From: Haplodiscus bocki
Taxonomy: Eukaryota
DNA: 64,000 nt
Direction: 5' to 3'
Assembly: GCA_965655095.1 (NCBI GenBank)
Contig: OZ296651.1
Coordinates: 84,196,001-84,260,000 of the forward strand
In this document: positions 1 to 13,099 of the stretch, one piece after another
Numbering within the stretch: the first letter of the stretch is position 1
Layout: each line of letters opens with the position of its first letter
Position numbers and translations under genes: made by a program
Notes under the pieces: generated by a model
Seen by the model: the letters and a program-made list of their open reading frames with translations, nothing else
Told to the model about the DNA's origin: nothing
Database searches by the model: none

Positions 1-200
1 AGGGCTTTTCAAAAAACTCAAAACTTTTTTTCTAAACACTGGGAAATATGAGACAGGATGATAGTTTTTTAGACAGCTTCTAGTTCCTGACTGGAAAACA
101 GGGGTTACAACAGCCAACTTCAAAAAATCTGGAAAACTGCCGGATGATAAAGATTATTTCCAAAATCCTCATTTGTGGCACCCTCCTCATTATAGAATTG
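1..200 (-). mobile_element. Non-LTR retrotransposon (LINE) reverse-transcriptase fragment, degenerate
   Basis: Minus strand ~135->50 reads FPDFLKLAVVTPVFQSGTRSCLKNYHPVS, matching the LINE RT N-terminal motif (FP..WK.A.V.P..K.G......NYRP.S); runs off the window edge. Confidence 0.7.
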
Positions 201-1810
201 TTTTGGACGTGAAATTTAAAAATAGTTTGTGTAAAAATTAATAGTAAACAGAGAAAGCATGAGAAAACGTTTTTTGTAGTTCTTGTACAAATTGTCAAAC
301 ACCAACTTCACACTCTCAGTCATTAATGCAATCGTTTTTTCAATGACTGATCTTAATCCATATATACCTGGTGTTTGTTTAGTAGCTTGCAAAAGTTTTT
401 GCTTGCGAAGAATGATGTCATCGTTGACAAAATTTGGGGCTTCTGCTAACCGTTTCCAAATTGGAGCGGTTTTTTATGGCCATTATATATTTTTGAACTG
501 CCGTCGCAAACTTAATCTTGGTTCTTTGGACGTAAGACAATTTGCATCACCATCGCCTGTGAAGTGCGGACTTTGGTTTCTTTTCGCTGCAAAGAGGCAG
601 CAGAGAAACGGTCGCGCTAAAAAACTTCCGGATTTTTCTGGGCACCCACATTGACGCCCATGCACAACATCCACAGGCCGTACATTCACAAGTGAATCTG
701 AATTCATTCCAGCTACCGTCACTTGCTCATATTATGTAACTTTTGATTAGCGGGTACTGCAAGTCTCAAACTACTTGTAACGGTTATCACAACTCTTAGG
801 CTCACCGTTTCGTTGTGTTTACAAATATCTTGTCATTCAAATTTCTTCTCTCTGTTACTTTGTCTTTGGTTTTTCTAAATGAATTGATGGTGGAATAGGA
901 TAAAATGGAAGAGGTTCCAAAAATTTGACATCTTTAGTTGTACAAAGGTGGAACAAAATTCAAACCGGACCTTATCATTGTCATTGGATATTACAAAATC
1001 TGATTTGAAGAAAGTGTAGTTTATACTGGAAAATCGGCAATTCTGTGAGCTTCCCAATTGGCACTGTTAAAGTTTGAAAGTTTGACAAACATGGCAGAGA
1101 AGTTGAACGGAAAGCAAAAGTTTTCATTTTCGTTTCTTTGAAAGATTTCGAAGGCATGGACGCTTATTTTAGTAGGGTATGTTTTATGTCATTTAGTTTG
1201 AGATCAAACCAGGTAACTGAAACTTTCTTTGAAAGAATCAAGGTTCGGAAGAGAAACAGGAACAGGCACTACAAATTGATTAACGAACATTGTCTTAAAA
1301 AATGTTCAGCACAAAAGTTCTGCAGTTTTTTCTAGTCTTTATAGCAGGGAGTTTGCCTGAGTTTCATCTCAAATAGTCAATACTAACGAAAAGTGTGTTT
1401 ACACCTGGATGTGGCAAACGTCCCCGGGTAAACGAAGTTAACATAAAAGGTTGTACCTTTGAGAACCGAAAACCGTGCAGTAAAACATACTGCAGTAACT
1501 TTTTTAATCATATCAATGAAAAACAATATATATCGAGCCTATGTATGAGGTAACTAATTGACTTGAAATGAAATTATCAGTTATTTTGGCTCAAGTTGGT
1601 TCAAAGTTTCAAAAATGTTTTGTCACCTCCAACAGTAGACAGGCTTCACAGTTTCTGTTCCACTCATCAGTTAAAGGAGGCTCCTCATCAATGAAACTTT
1701 ACGCCCCACTTTGATTAGTTGAAGGATGAAAATTGCGCTAACCCGCCAGCGATAACCACCACCCTTATCGTTGGATTGCGGCCGCGGAATAAATTTGGTA
1801 CACCAGACAT

Positions 1811-3529
1811 GGTAACGTCTCATTGCTACAAATAGTGATAGCTCCGAAAATGAGAAGCTAACTCCCAATTGAATTAGCGTACCTTGAGTTTCTCGTAGCA
1901 TTTTCGCAGCCTTAAAATTAGCTAATTGTGAGGCGGAAATGAAAATAAAATGAAAAAAGAATGATTGAAAAAAAAAACAAATGGGCCCAAAATGCGAAAT
2001 TTATCGGGAGTGTATGTGGAAATGACGGGAAAATTTTGGGAAACAATTAAAATTATTCAGTCTGCCAACATGCCTTTACTAGATGTATTTCAATCAACTA
2101 GAGGAAAAATCGTATTTTTCAATTATTTTCGTTTCACCATAAAAAAACTATTTCAATTTAACTGGAATTTTTCTTCCAAATGTGGCGGGAGAATGGTCGA
2201 AAAAATTTGCTGAAAGAAATTACGAAACACCGTGAGCGACACAACAATCAGCATGGAGTCCAAGAAGTTAAAAAGGAAAAATTGAGTCAAATAAGATTTT
2301 AGCAGTAAAGAATGACCCGACTAAAGTTCTAATAGAAATTTACACAATAATTATTGGTGAAACCAACTTCATGCCTCGAAAGAAGTAGAGAAGAGCTGCA
2401 GGCACCTACTTCTACTGGTACTGTTATGATAACCGGATTGTGGGAACGAACTCTTACGAGGTCACGATTTATGCTGGAAAATCGCCCAATCTTCGAAAAA
2501 ATTGTTTTCGCAACCGATCAATTTTTACAACTCGTTACTGAAACTGCAATTGTTTTTACAGATTGGACTTTCAAGTGTTACCCTTATCCCTTTGAACAGC
2601 TCTCTGTTATTGTCGGAACATCTGGCGAAAGAAAAATTCCGCTTTTTTTCGTTCTCCGAAGGCAGAACAACTCATTTCGGAAGAATTTTCCAGATTATCA
2701 AGCAAAAAGTTGTCTGGAAATTCAGATATCTCCAGTGGACTCCCAAAAAAACTATTTCCGATTTTGAGACAGAATTGATTCCAGCGGTGCAAACAGAATT
2801 CCCTAGTGCATTCTATCATGCTGTTTTCTTCATTGCACGCACTCGATTTTCCGCAAAAATCAAAAAAAACCGGCCTTCAAATCCTTTACCGAAGAATCGA
2901 AAATCCGAATTTTTTTCCGGAAAGTTTTGTTTGTGGGATTCCTACCATTGGGGGAAGTTCGAAATGCTGCTTTGGATTCATTGAACAGAAGGCACACCCG
3001 GACTGTTTCCGAAACCCATAATTGAGTTTTTTCCAATACTTTCATTTTACATGGTTTTTGACCCCTCCCCAGAAATTTGGAACGTTTTCGATAGACCTTC
3101 CAGTATGCAAACAATTACGAAGGGTGGAATATTAATTGGAACCTTAGAGCCTCTCGTTGGAGTATCAACTTCTGGTTGGGGATCCGATTGATGACGGTTC
3201 AAGAAAGAGTATTTAAGAATTCTGTGAATAGGATGCAACCCGGAAAAGATGCTACCCCGCCAACACTGAAAATGGAGAACCCTAAACTCCCGTACCGAAA
3301 TCCGAAAAGTTTTCATTTACCAGCGGAAACCGTTCCCTGATGAATTATTGAAAAGCTGTTTCGTACGCTCGTAAATCTGTGCAAATGATTTTCCTATAAT
3401 AATGCTCTTTTTTTGAAATAAAATTCGGAGCTTTGAGATTCAATTTTCATTTCGGAGTTATGATACTAAAAGAAAACAAAATCGGAGTTATGATACCAAA
3501 ATACAACTTCGGAGCCAAGAATAGACACT
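1811..3529 (+). mobile_element. Mutator-like (MULE) DNA transposon with frameshifted transposase pseudogene
   Basis: ORFs 2354-2767 and 2502-2984 give IVFTDWTFKCYPYPFEQL..IVG...KIPLFFVL and TISDFETELIPAVQTEFPSA (MULE DGTFK/QL and DFE motifs). ACCAGACAT is repeated at 1802-1810 and 3530-3538 (9-bp TSD). Termini GGTAACGTCT and revcomp (GGT)AGTGTCT share CTCCGAA subterminal repeats. Confidence 0.85.
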
Positions 3530-6500
3530 ACCAGACATCGCCTGTGCGCCTCCTAAATGATTAAACACATAGCAGTCATCCAATGGACACAGACAGAACA
3601 AGACAAGGTGGAGATAGTTTGCGCCCAATCGCGTCAACTCCGAGCAAAATCACTTGAAGAGTCAACCAGCAAGTGGAAGGAAGTACTGTAAGACACCGAA
3701 AATAATGAGAAATTAGTATCAGTCAATCCGGTTTCGTGTGCCAGAGGCAACCATTTCAAGAGGTGTGAGACAAAAGCAGATGAAAATTGGGCACTCCACA
3801 TCCCCTTGCTTGCTGAGTGTGCCATAAGGCTGGCACGGTGTGCCAATCTGACATCGGAAGCCGAGAGTCAAGCGACGCTGAAGTCTACGCAGACCACAGT
3901 GATCGTTCACGAGCCGCACGTGGAGGGCCATTACTTTTTTCAAGTGTGAGGAAGGGTATAAACTTAGCTGCCTCACTGACTTCAGCGTCATTTGGGTTTT
4001 GATCTTCATCATCAGGACATCGCTTGAGAATCAGTTTCGTGAAGTAAGAAGGGTAAATGTTTTAGCGTCTCTTACTTGTATATGAATGTGATAGAATTAA
4101 TTGAGTTTCTGGAAAACTTGTTAGCAGTAGTTTTAGAATTAGAAATATCGTGGTGCCCTTCAAATGTCAATTGTATTTAGATTTGTTCACTAGTATTCCG
4201 TTGGCTCAAGTGTTGCGAAGAACAGTTTCGCCTTTTTGTTAGAAAATGTCAGTACAAAACCTTCCTGAAATTTTACGACGATGCTTTCATTTTTGGGAAT
4301 CTTTGTTTTGTCTTTTTCTTGGGCTTTTTCACTCAATTTTGAACTTCGATAGAGAAAAAATCAATCAGTGGTAATCATTTTAGGCTACGAATATCATTAT
4401 TTTCAAGATTCAATTCTGCAGATAAATTTTCATGAATGTTCTTGTTCTTACAAGGTTTTTGTAAGTCGACATTTCACGCATTTATTGAAACCTTTTAATT
4501 AGATAAACTTTCGAACAGCCACTCTAGCCCTGATCGATGTTTTTTTCGGTACGTTTGAGGACGAATTAAAGCGAGGGTTTATGAAGGATTCCAACACACC
4601 TCCTGGCCTCGGATCCTGTGGAGAACTCTAAAAAAATTGTGCTAGCAGTTGTAATGTCATGGATAGCTGGTAATGTTTTAGGCTATTTCCGCCGATCTGG
4701 TGATTTCAGCTAGTGTTTTGTAACAAAATTAGTCAGATATAATTTTCCTAGAAGGAATTGACCATTACATAATGCGCACCACTGATTTTTGGTGTAGACC
4801 AAAAAGGAGGTTGTACAGCTAACGTTGCCTAGTGTGCGTTCATCTTTCAGAACGTTATTGTTGACGTTTATCAGCAGCAGGCAAGATGTCAATGTCGTCC
4901 GTTTCCATTGGTAAATACAAATCTAAGGAAATGGTGTATCCCTCCTCAGAAATGCATCCTTCGTTGGAGCCCAATCTCTTGCTTCTTGGAAATGGTTTAA
5001 TCGTCGATGAATTGAAAAGTACAGTTCGAGGGAAGATAAAGCAATTGAAAAGTGACCTTGTTCACAGGTTAGTAAATTTAGTTTTCATTTCGTAATTAAT
5101 TTCATTTCGTTTGCAATAAGGAAACATTCTGTCGTGTGGAACATGGACCCCTCTGGTGAAGGTTGACAGGACCGGGCAGTAGAACATGTCGATCAGGGAA
5201 ACCGGGTATATGCGGGAAGTTTTAGCTAAACACATTGTAGCTTCCACAATAAAGTGAAAAATTTGGACCAGAATCGGTTGAAAACCTTGAGGGCGAGATC
5301 TACAAATTCTTGCCTACTGCTTTTTGATTTTGCGTGATTTTGTTTTCGAAAATACGGACTCAAAACGCGGGTAAATACTCGAATATGCCATGAATGTAGG
5401 CGTTTAGAATTGAATAACAACAAGTCACTCGGCCAACTTCAAGATGTTTTCTTCCGCCCCAGTTTGCTTAAAAAGCCACAAAAGAAAAACTTTTTTTTTG
5501 TGGGGCAAGGAGTTTTGGGCAGGGAAAATGTTGCCTTTTTCAAAAACTGGATTATGCTCCGAAAAACACATTTTAGTGAAAAAATCCCTTTGTTCACTTA
5601 CCCGTAAATTTGCCATCTTTGTCAGTGAAGCAAAACATTTTAACGAGCAGGAATTTCGGTCGGAAAAAACGTACTTTTTAAACATGGCTGTTCTAATAGA
5701 ATTCGGCAAATTTGCTACATTTCGGTAGAAAATCCCTTTAAGGCCAGAATTGTACAATTTTGCTAGTTGTGCAATTGGTAAATTTTTATCTATAAAACTC
5801 GGACGTTGAATGGACGTTTTCCCTTCCATATATAAAATGTGTGCGGAAAGTAAAATTCTGAATGTTGAGTGAAGGCTTTTTTTCCATGTATAAAATGTGG
5901 GTAGAAATAAACTTCAATTGATATGTACAGAAGACTGATTGATTAACTTCGACGATTAACTATTAATAAGTCATCAAAACATCAATAAAAATAAAACGGA
6001 GGATCAATGCGCTTTGCGGAAGTAGAGAAGAAACAGCGACGCTTCACATTAACAATGTACCTATGGAAAACTTTTTTGATATGAAAACCTACAGGAGTTT
6101 TTTTAGCGTTTTCAAACGTTGCATTTTTGACTTGATCCGGGAGTCTAGTGTGATGAATCAAAAACTACCGTTTGACAGGTACTTGTTTATTTTTGTGTTT
6201 TAAAAATTGCTAATATTTTCAACATTGGTGTGGAAAATGAAGAGAGTCCGATAAAATCGTGTTTGATTTATCATTTTTTTGGATGCAGCAGGTGCGTATT
6301 TATTTTTGCGTATTAAAATGCTCATTATTGTCGTATTCAAATGCGCATTAGGATTTGTAATGGTTCAACTTAACTAGACATGATTTACACATGAATGTTT
6401 GAAGACAAGTACCTGTCTCACAGACTTTTTATGATTGGCAAATTTCTGGTTGACAGTCGGTATAAAATTTCTGACATGTCAATCACGTCTCCGATCATTG

Positions 6501-7499
6501 TTTCAAATGTCTGGTTCTTTCACGTGTACTGTGTATCTTTGATCTCAACTGACTACTAGGTGACCCAACTAACGATAAACAAAAAAATTCAAGATGTCAA
6601 AATAGCTGTAGTTGGTAAACATCCTTTTTCGCCTGTCAATCATCAGAATTACACTTGACACACTGACACTAAGTGTGGAAAGACATTTTTTATGTTCACA
6701 TTGTCTGGACTTGTTTGACCGAAGTTATGCAATATTCACTTTGATGATTGATCGAAGTGTCACCATTTGGGTAGGTTCAGAGTTGAGGAAAGAAAATTGT
6801 AGAGCATTCTGGCGTCTTGTTTGCTAATATTAGCATTTTTACGAGCTGAAATTTCCAACGTATCGTTTTTCTTTGGAACACCAAGTAGTCAGAAGGTGTT
6901 GCGAAAATCCGTTTCGCCTCTGTGTTCTAATTTCTGTATGGTAATATTTTTGTATTGAATGTCAATTTTTTCCTCGAATTGATTTGGAATCGAATTTGGA
7001 AAATAATTTGCTGAATAACACCCTTCAGTTCAGTAAATCTGCTGTCAATTAAGTAGATCCTGTCAACTTCATTTTAGTTATCTTGAAGACAATTGAAATT
7101 TTCCCCTTTGATTGAATCACCCGTTATTCTCTCAAAATACGGTCCACGTTCATTTCTCTGCATATCATTTCACCCTGTAGTGGAAGCCATTGTTCCACAA
7201 TTCTTCTGCTACTCTGAGAACGTACAATTTTGAAAATGTCGAATTTCCATCGAATATGTTTTTTCAACTTACCTGGCACGGAAAGAGCAATGGTGAAACC
7301 ATGGAGGTAAAAGAACAACGAGTCGCTCGGTCTTACAGAATTGACAAAGCCCCGCCCGAAAATGTCCAGAGACTGAGAATAAAGTCTAACCTGGGCTCAG
7401 CTAAGTTTTTATGGGTGAGTTAAAGGGAATGCCACTTGAAATGGTCATTTGCAGCATTTTATCTACTGGGTACTGAAGAAGAGCACCACCAGGAGAGAA

Positions 7500-8250
7500 C
7501 AACCTAATTTTTTGTCGCTATTTTAGTTCTTAGTTGTGTAAGCCTGATTGTCGTATGATGTTAATCCACGATATAATCTTCTCTCTCCTCACAGAAATCA
7601 ACGCGGAGTTGGGCGTGTCAAAATTGGTAGTGAGGCGCATGGAGAATTTTACGTCGTTTCGTAGTTGGCCACCTTTTACCCCACCATTTTTAGCTGGTAC
7701 CTGCCTAAGTTTTTTACATAATAATTTTGAATAAAAAGAGCTTAAAGGCATTGGCGAGGAGCTGTGTCCTAAAACGTTGAAAATGTGTAGATTTCTGGTG
7801 AAGAATTTTGGAACCCAGTTCCAGAGTGTTTCCAGGCGAACTTCAGGCTCTCAGAGGCCCAAACCACTTGGAGTTACAACAACTAGTCTTTTTTCTGAAG
7901 GGCTTTTTTCCGGCCTGTTTTTGCAGGTTTTCCCTAGTTTTTTACTTTTGTCTGATGACATTTTTTTTTCGTTAATCAGAGCGGAACCCGATGGTTTTTC
8001 AGCTCCATTTCAATTTATGTAGATTTGTGTTAACGATTATAAGCAAGCCCACCCGAAAAATGACAAGTTTTGCTTTCAACTGAGGAAGAATATCTCTCAA
8101 AAGGACCATAATCCACGAACTCACCGTTTTCTCTTGCGAGTCCGGAGCAACAACGGAAGCTTTTCACCGAATTTTGGAAGCCTCTCAAAAGCTCTAGCAG
8201 CCATTCAAAGAATCTGGAAAGCCTCATTACCTAACAGAGACGCTATATTC
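7500..8250 (-). mobile_element. Possible LTR-retrotransposon gag remnant, highly decayed
   Basis: Weak motifs only: LGNEAFQI near 8230 and a decayed zinc-knuckle-like stretch (VPAKNGG...) near 7700; many stops. Confidence 0.3.
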
Positions 8251-8289
8251 GCCTCCAGTGCCGTATCAGAATAATTGTGAAACCGATGT

Positions 8290-8720
8290 CCTCGACTTTC
8301 AATTTTCCGCCAGCAAGTGTTATTATAACACAGGCTTATTGTAATCGATCCGTTCACAGCTGACACAGTTCGTAGACTTGATAAAAGAGGAAGGAATGGC
8401 CTTGGCTGGAACCTGAAAACATATGCGCCACAGTTTCTTGCTCTACTGACTGCCCTTGTCGGTTATTAAGAATTAGTATTTTTTTGAATTACCAGCCGAT
8501 TGAAATATTATAGCGTTTCTGACTTATATATAGAAGTCAAGAGGTAGAGAGTTCTTGTACATTTGTTTCTGTACATTTGTTATGAGTCGTATTCTTAGTA
8601 TCGTGGCCTTTTCAAAGTTCGTTACTTTTTTCGTGATTTGATCACTAGTGTTCCGTTGGCGCAGGTGTTGCGGAGCTCAGCTTCGATTCTGTGTCAATTA
8701 TGTAAACTACTATGAACAAC
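8290..8720 (-). repeat. Copy of unclassified coding-derived interspersed family (Cys/sequon-rich peptide)
   Basis: Shares CACTAGT.TTCCGTTGGCGCA.GTG.TGCG with 4190, 24692 and 28795; minus strand HRIEAELRNTCANGTLVIKS and AVNGSI...ITLA align with the 28-kb copy. Confidence 0.65.
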
Positions 8721-8999
8721 AGTTGTTGTTGACAATAGACTTTTGATTGGTAGTCAGAAAAGGGATAATTAAAATGCTTTCCAATTCCAGTCCTCATTCC
8801 TGATTCAGCACGAGCAATCTGAATCGAAGAAACACGAAAGTGAGACAAGCTGAAAGGAACAATGCGCATCATGTCAACGAAAAATTGAAAGTTGTATTCA
8901 AAGAAAGGTCATGGAAATTGTACCTGGGGACAAGGATCAAACGTTTGAAAGTTGCTTGAATAGATTTAGATTTTGGAATAACGACCTTTTGGGTTGGCA

Positions 9000-11100
9000 C
9001 TACAAGTATTTCTTTCTCTGCAACTCAACTTTCCAATAAAAATACCCCAGTTTTGAGCCAATGAATGTGTTGATTTGCGTCTATATGAACAAACGGAGAC
9101 GGACATGAACAGCGGTGCCTGTGAGCCTCAAAGTATTCGTGGGAGGAAGGTTTGGTGTTTTTTGATAATTTGGTTTTTCAGAGTTCGATTCAAAAACGAG
9201 GCTGGTTTCAGAGCATTTCCAGTGTTTGAAGTTTTCAAAAGATTTCAGTGATATGTAGATGGGAATACCGCGAATGTTTTGCGCATTTGCTTTTTTTGGA
9301 CTTTTTCGGTTCACTGAAAAGTAGGGGTGGGGTCATTGCTGTTTAACACAACTTTTGGTGTCAGTGTTCGCCAAAGATTTTGAAGTTGCGTTTTCTAGTA
9401 AAGTTTCTGGCAGTTGATTTCTTGGAACTTTGTTTCGTATATAAAAGAGGCCATCAGGCAACCAAAAATTTTTTGGACATTTTTTTGGTTCTTGCAAGAG
9501 AGATATTACGAGAAACGGAAAATTATTCACGGAAGAAGACACTTTGCTTTTTCTTAAACACAGAAGTTTCACTTCAACTTACTTCAGGAAGCTTTTTGCC
9601 ACAAAAATTGGAATAAATTGCATTGCGTAGTGATAAAACTGTTCTAGTTGTACTTACGCTGGCAGCGCCATCTTCTTACAATTCACATGTTTTTCTTGTA
9701 TTATTTTTTATTCACTTGCTTCGCTTGCAGCATACAGTTATTCGGAATAGCTCTTAACTGCGGCATTGCAGTGAATTTCGTTTTTTGGTACCCCAGTGGA
9801 GGTAATTCGGCGTGGCAATTTTAATTAAATAAGGGACTGCTGAAATAGAGTCGTGATTTGAATGAGCTTTCTTTCAGTTACGATTTTTTGTATCAACTGT
9901 TGATTGCATTGCAATCCTATTTTATTCCACCGCGAGCACGTTGGAAGATCTCATCACAAAGGATCTTTTTTTCATAGATCGTTGAAAAATTTTTTTAAAC
10001 TTCGGAATTCAGATATTTTTCGTTTGAGAATGATGTTCTCAAAAGTGAGTTTCCCGAAGATCTTTAGTTGGATTGCAACCTTCCACAGTCCTTGTAACAA
10101 CTTTTAATTGATGAACTGTGCTGAAGACCAGGTCTCAAATTCGTTTTTCATGCAATGTTCGAAAAGAAAATCTCCGTCTAAAAATCGAAATCGATTTTTC
10201 TTTGCAAAATGAAGTTTTCGATAATGACTTACCTCCGAAATATTCTTTCAATTGCAACCTTCCAAATTGAATTAAAGGTATAGCGATTGGGGAAGCTATT
10301 GGCAGGCAGCGATTGCCAGTTTGGTACACTGTCTGGAATATGTAATTTTCTCTCCGAATTTTGGAATGTTTTTATCCGAATTTTTCGAAATCAATTAACG
10401 CAATTAATTTAATTTATTTACTTGCTGCCCGAAAAAACTACTGGGCAGCCCTGTTAACCATTTTTATGCAGAATCGAAGAGAAACTGTGGTATTGCTTTT
10501 GTTTAGCAAAAAGATGTTTTCTAATTCTTGCCCTCAACACTAGTGTTTGGATTGTCACCTTGCGGTTGATAAATCCTACCCGGATGCCAAAATTTCCAGC
10601 TTCTTGTTTTCTGAGAAGGTACCAAGTAAACGGGTGAAAGATTAAATTTACGCAAGCTATTTTCAGATTTGTTTACCTAGTTAAAGGTGGTTTAGTTACT
10701 TCTTTCTTCAAAAGCGGTTTTTTTAGTGAATAGTGTTTTGATCGTATGCATCTACCGCCTTTTAGACAACGGACCTAAAGCATCTGCGGGAATGGTTTTT
10801 TTTGTATTTCTGTCTCCTATAATGTCAACTTGTTTTTGAAAAAATATTTTTCTTACCTGCGCCGCTCTTCGTTAGTCCGATGCAGCGGATATTGAAGTGC
10901 TCGCTTCCCGGAACATCTGAGAAAAACCGCGGATTGTCTGGTTTGTGCTTTGATGAGGAAAGTTTTTTATTTGTAATCGAAAAATGATTATATCTCCATG
11001 TTGCGTTTAAAAATGTGAAAGCGATTGTATCGAGGACTATTGTTCCGACTGCCTCCGTCCGGCTCGTATCCAACCACCCATGGCTTAAACCATATGAGAA
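9000..11100 (-). mobile_element. BEL/Pao LTR retrotransposon remnant (gag knuckle to RT), decayed
   Basis: Around 9820-9740 the minus strand reads LPRRITSTGVPKNEIHCNAAVKSYSE, a decayed version of the BEL RT motif LPHH.V...KP.K.R.V.NAA.K..G.SLN; Cys/His knuckle-like remnant near 10900. Confidence 0.4.
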
Positions 11101-11797
11101 GTAGCACAGCTGGTTTGTTTCTTACTTTTTCTTCGGAATTTTTTCACTCGTTAATTTCGATTTTTCTGTCGAATTATTTCACTCGTTAATTGTCGAATGA
11201 ATCAATTTTTCACTGAGTGTTCCATCAAAGTGATTTCATTGAAAACTATGGGTCGGGTTGCGTCAGTTTAGTTTTGTCAATAATGAAAATTCGTGCCATG
11301 TAGTGACTTCATACAGCACCAGTGATTTTCTGCTTTCTATTTGTCTTGCGAAAAAGATGACCTCGAATGAAAAAATCATTGTTGAAGTTCACGTTTTTCA
11401 TCAAACATGATTTTTCTGGAAATTTCATTACATCAGGGCTATTGCGTCCTGTGTTGATGAACGGTCAGCAGGAGATCTGATATAAGCTAGCGAACCTTTT
11501 TTCTGTTTTGCATGGAAGGTGCTCCGGAATTCGACGTTTGTCTCACATTGGTTAGTTTCCATCCAACTATCAGAATCCATGATGTCAGCTGGGAACCTTC
11601 ATCTCTGTGTTCATTTAAATATGGACAATATAGCTGCTAATTATCGATATTTAGGCCTGAACGCTTTTATTAGCGAAATATTTTTGACGCTTTCAGTAGA
11701 AAATGGTTCTGATTAAATCGGGTATAAGGAACTTGAATCAATTAAACTTTGGTTGAAATGATACCAAACCCAAAATATGAATAAATTGTCTTTTCAG

Positions 11798-11985
11798 TGG
11801 TGAAAAGTTGGATTACGAGAGACAGCTAAGAGACGAAGCAGAAAAGCGTGCCCGTTATTTCGAACAAAAAGCACAACTGGTGAACATGTATGACACCAAC
11901 GATAAATCAGATCCTGGCGTTAAAAGAGAACTAGGTGATCGACTGAGTCCTCTGAAGAGAAGAAAAGTCAAGAGTCCTAAAGGAT
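11798..11985 (+). CDS. MIPOL1: Coding exon, probable N-terminal region of the MIPOL1-like gene
   Basis: ttttcag acceptor and gttagt donor; open frame GEKLDYERQLRDEAEKRARYFEQKAQL...RRKVKSPKG; phase 1 joins exon 12351 (T+AT). Assignment to this gene rests on strand and phase, not homology. Confidence 0.6.
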
Positions 11986-12350
11986 GTTAGTATGGCTTCT
12001 AAACAGCAATGTAGTTGAGTTGTAGTGCCGTTGTAAGTAACTTATTTTGTGGCGCGGTAAACATAGTAAAGCTCCCAAAGTTACTTGAAATGCTGAATTG
12101 ACGATCTACGAATCTTGGCACTCAATCGTTTATGGCCATGCCAAAGAATAAGTGAATCCCTGTGCTGTAAGATTTATTTTTGACAGTTTTTGGTGTTGAT
12201 TTCGTTGTATAGTCATCTATGAACTGTTCCTTTTTTAATCAACGTTGTTTGTGACTTTAGAAATTCTAAAATTCTACGAACTGAGTCTTCATAAGTAAAA
12301 GTCTGTGATATTTTAGAGAATTTAACACTCACTAGATAGATATAATTTAG

Positions 12351-12524
12351 ATAACACGGGATACGAAACAGCAGATAGTCGTTACTTCTCGGATCCTTTC
12401 TTTTCTGAAGATGGAAGACGTAGTCACAAGTCTGGAATGGGTTCTACGAATCGCCGAAGAGATAAGTATTCAGAATCGGAACAGTTCCCGGAAACAACCG
12501 AAGCGGAAACCACGGATATTGATG
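12351..12524 (+). CDS. MIPOL1: Coding exon, low-complexity region of the MIPOL1-like gene
   Basis: aatttag acceptor and gtaagt donor; stop-free NTGYETADSRYFSDPFFSEDGRRSHKS...TEAETTDID. Confidence 0.6.
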
Positions 12525-13099
12525 GTAAGTTGGATGCTGTTCTGCTTCGACAAAGGCTTGCTTGATAGAGTATAATTTCATCGTAGTAATTTATCCATTT
12601 TATGTGTAGAAATATGGTGGCGGGTTCTACTTGTGTAATTCAGATGTCGGCATCGAAATAATTTACGGTGAGTTTGGCTGATGTTCTGTTTTGGTGTTTG
12701 TCTAGTCTTTACACAATACAAAATGAAAGAGCATCTGAAAAGTTAACTTTAGTGTTTTGTAGCGCTTTTTATAAAGATCCCTGAACTTTCACAATCGTAT
12801 TAATGTTTCTAAAATTGCCAGGCTGCAATTCCTAGCCGATCTCATGCAGTTGATATAGGGATGGAAAAAGGTATAGAAAAGTTGAATTTCAAATTACACA
12901 GAAATACAAAAACTTCATCATTGTTGTCCAAATTATTAGTTAAGCAAAAAATCATTCAATGGACAGGGTTCTTTTTCTTTTCAGACCTTCAACTATTTAG
13001 AAATTTGCAAAGTTTGAGTCTTGGCGCAGTTGGTAGGACAAAAATTCTCTAGTGGTAGGTACGGGTTTGAATACCAACGTTTGCCCTTATTTTTTTTCC

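Noticed and set aside
4180-4215. Plus-strand DLFTSIPL resembling the Penelope RT motif SLFT.IP
   Set aside because: No upstream SFDV or other RT motifs in any copy; the opposite strand gives the more coherent peptide across copies.
4886-5095. VHRLV motif suggesting an HNH endonuclease
   Set aside because: Followed almost at once by a stop, with no downstream H/N residues; probably chance.
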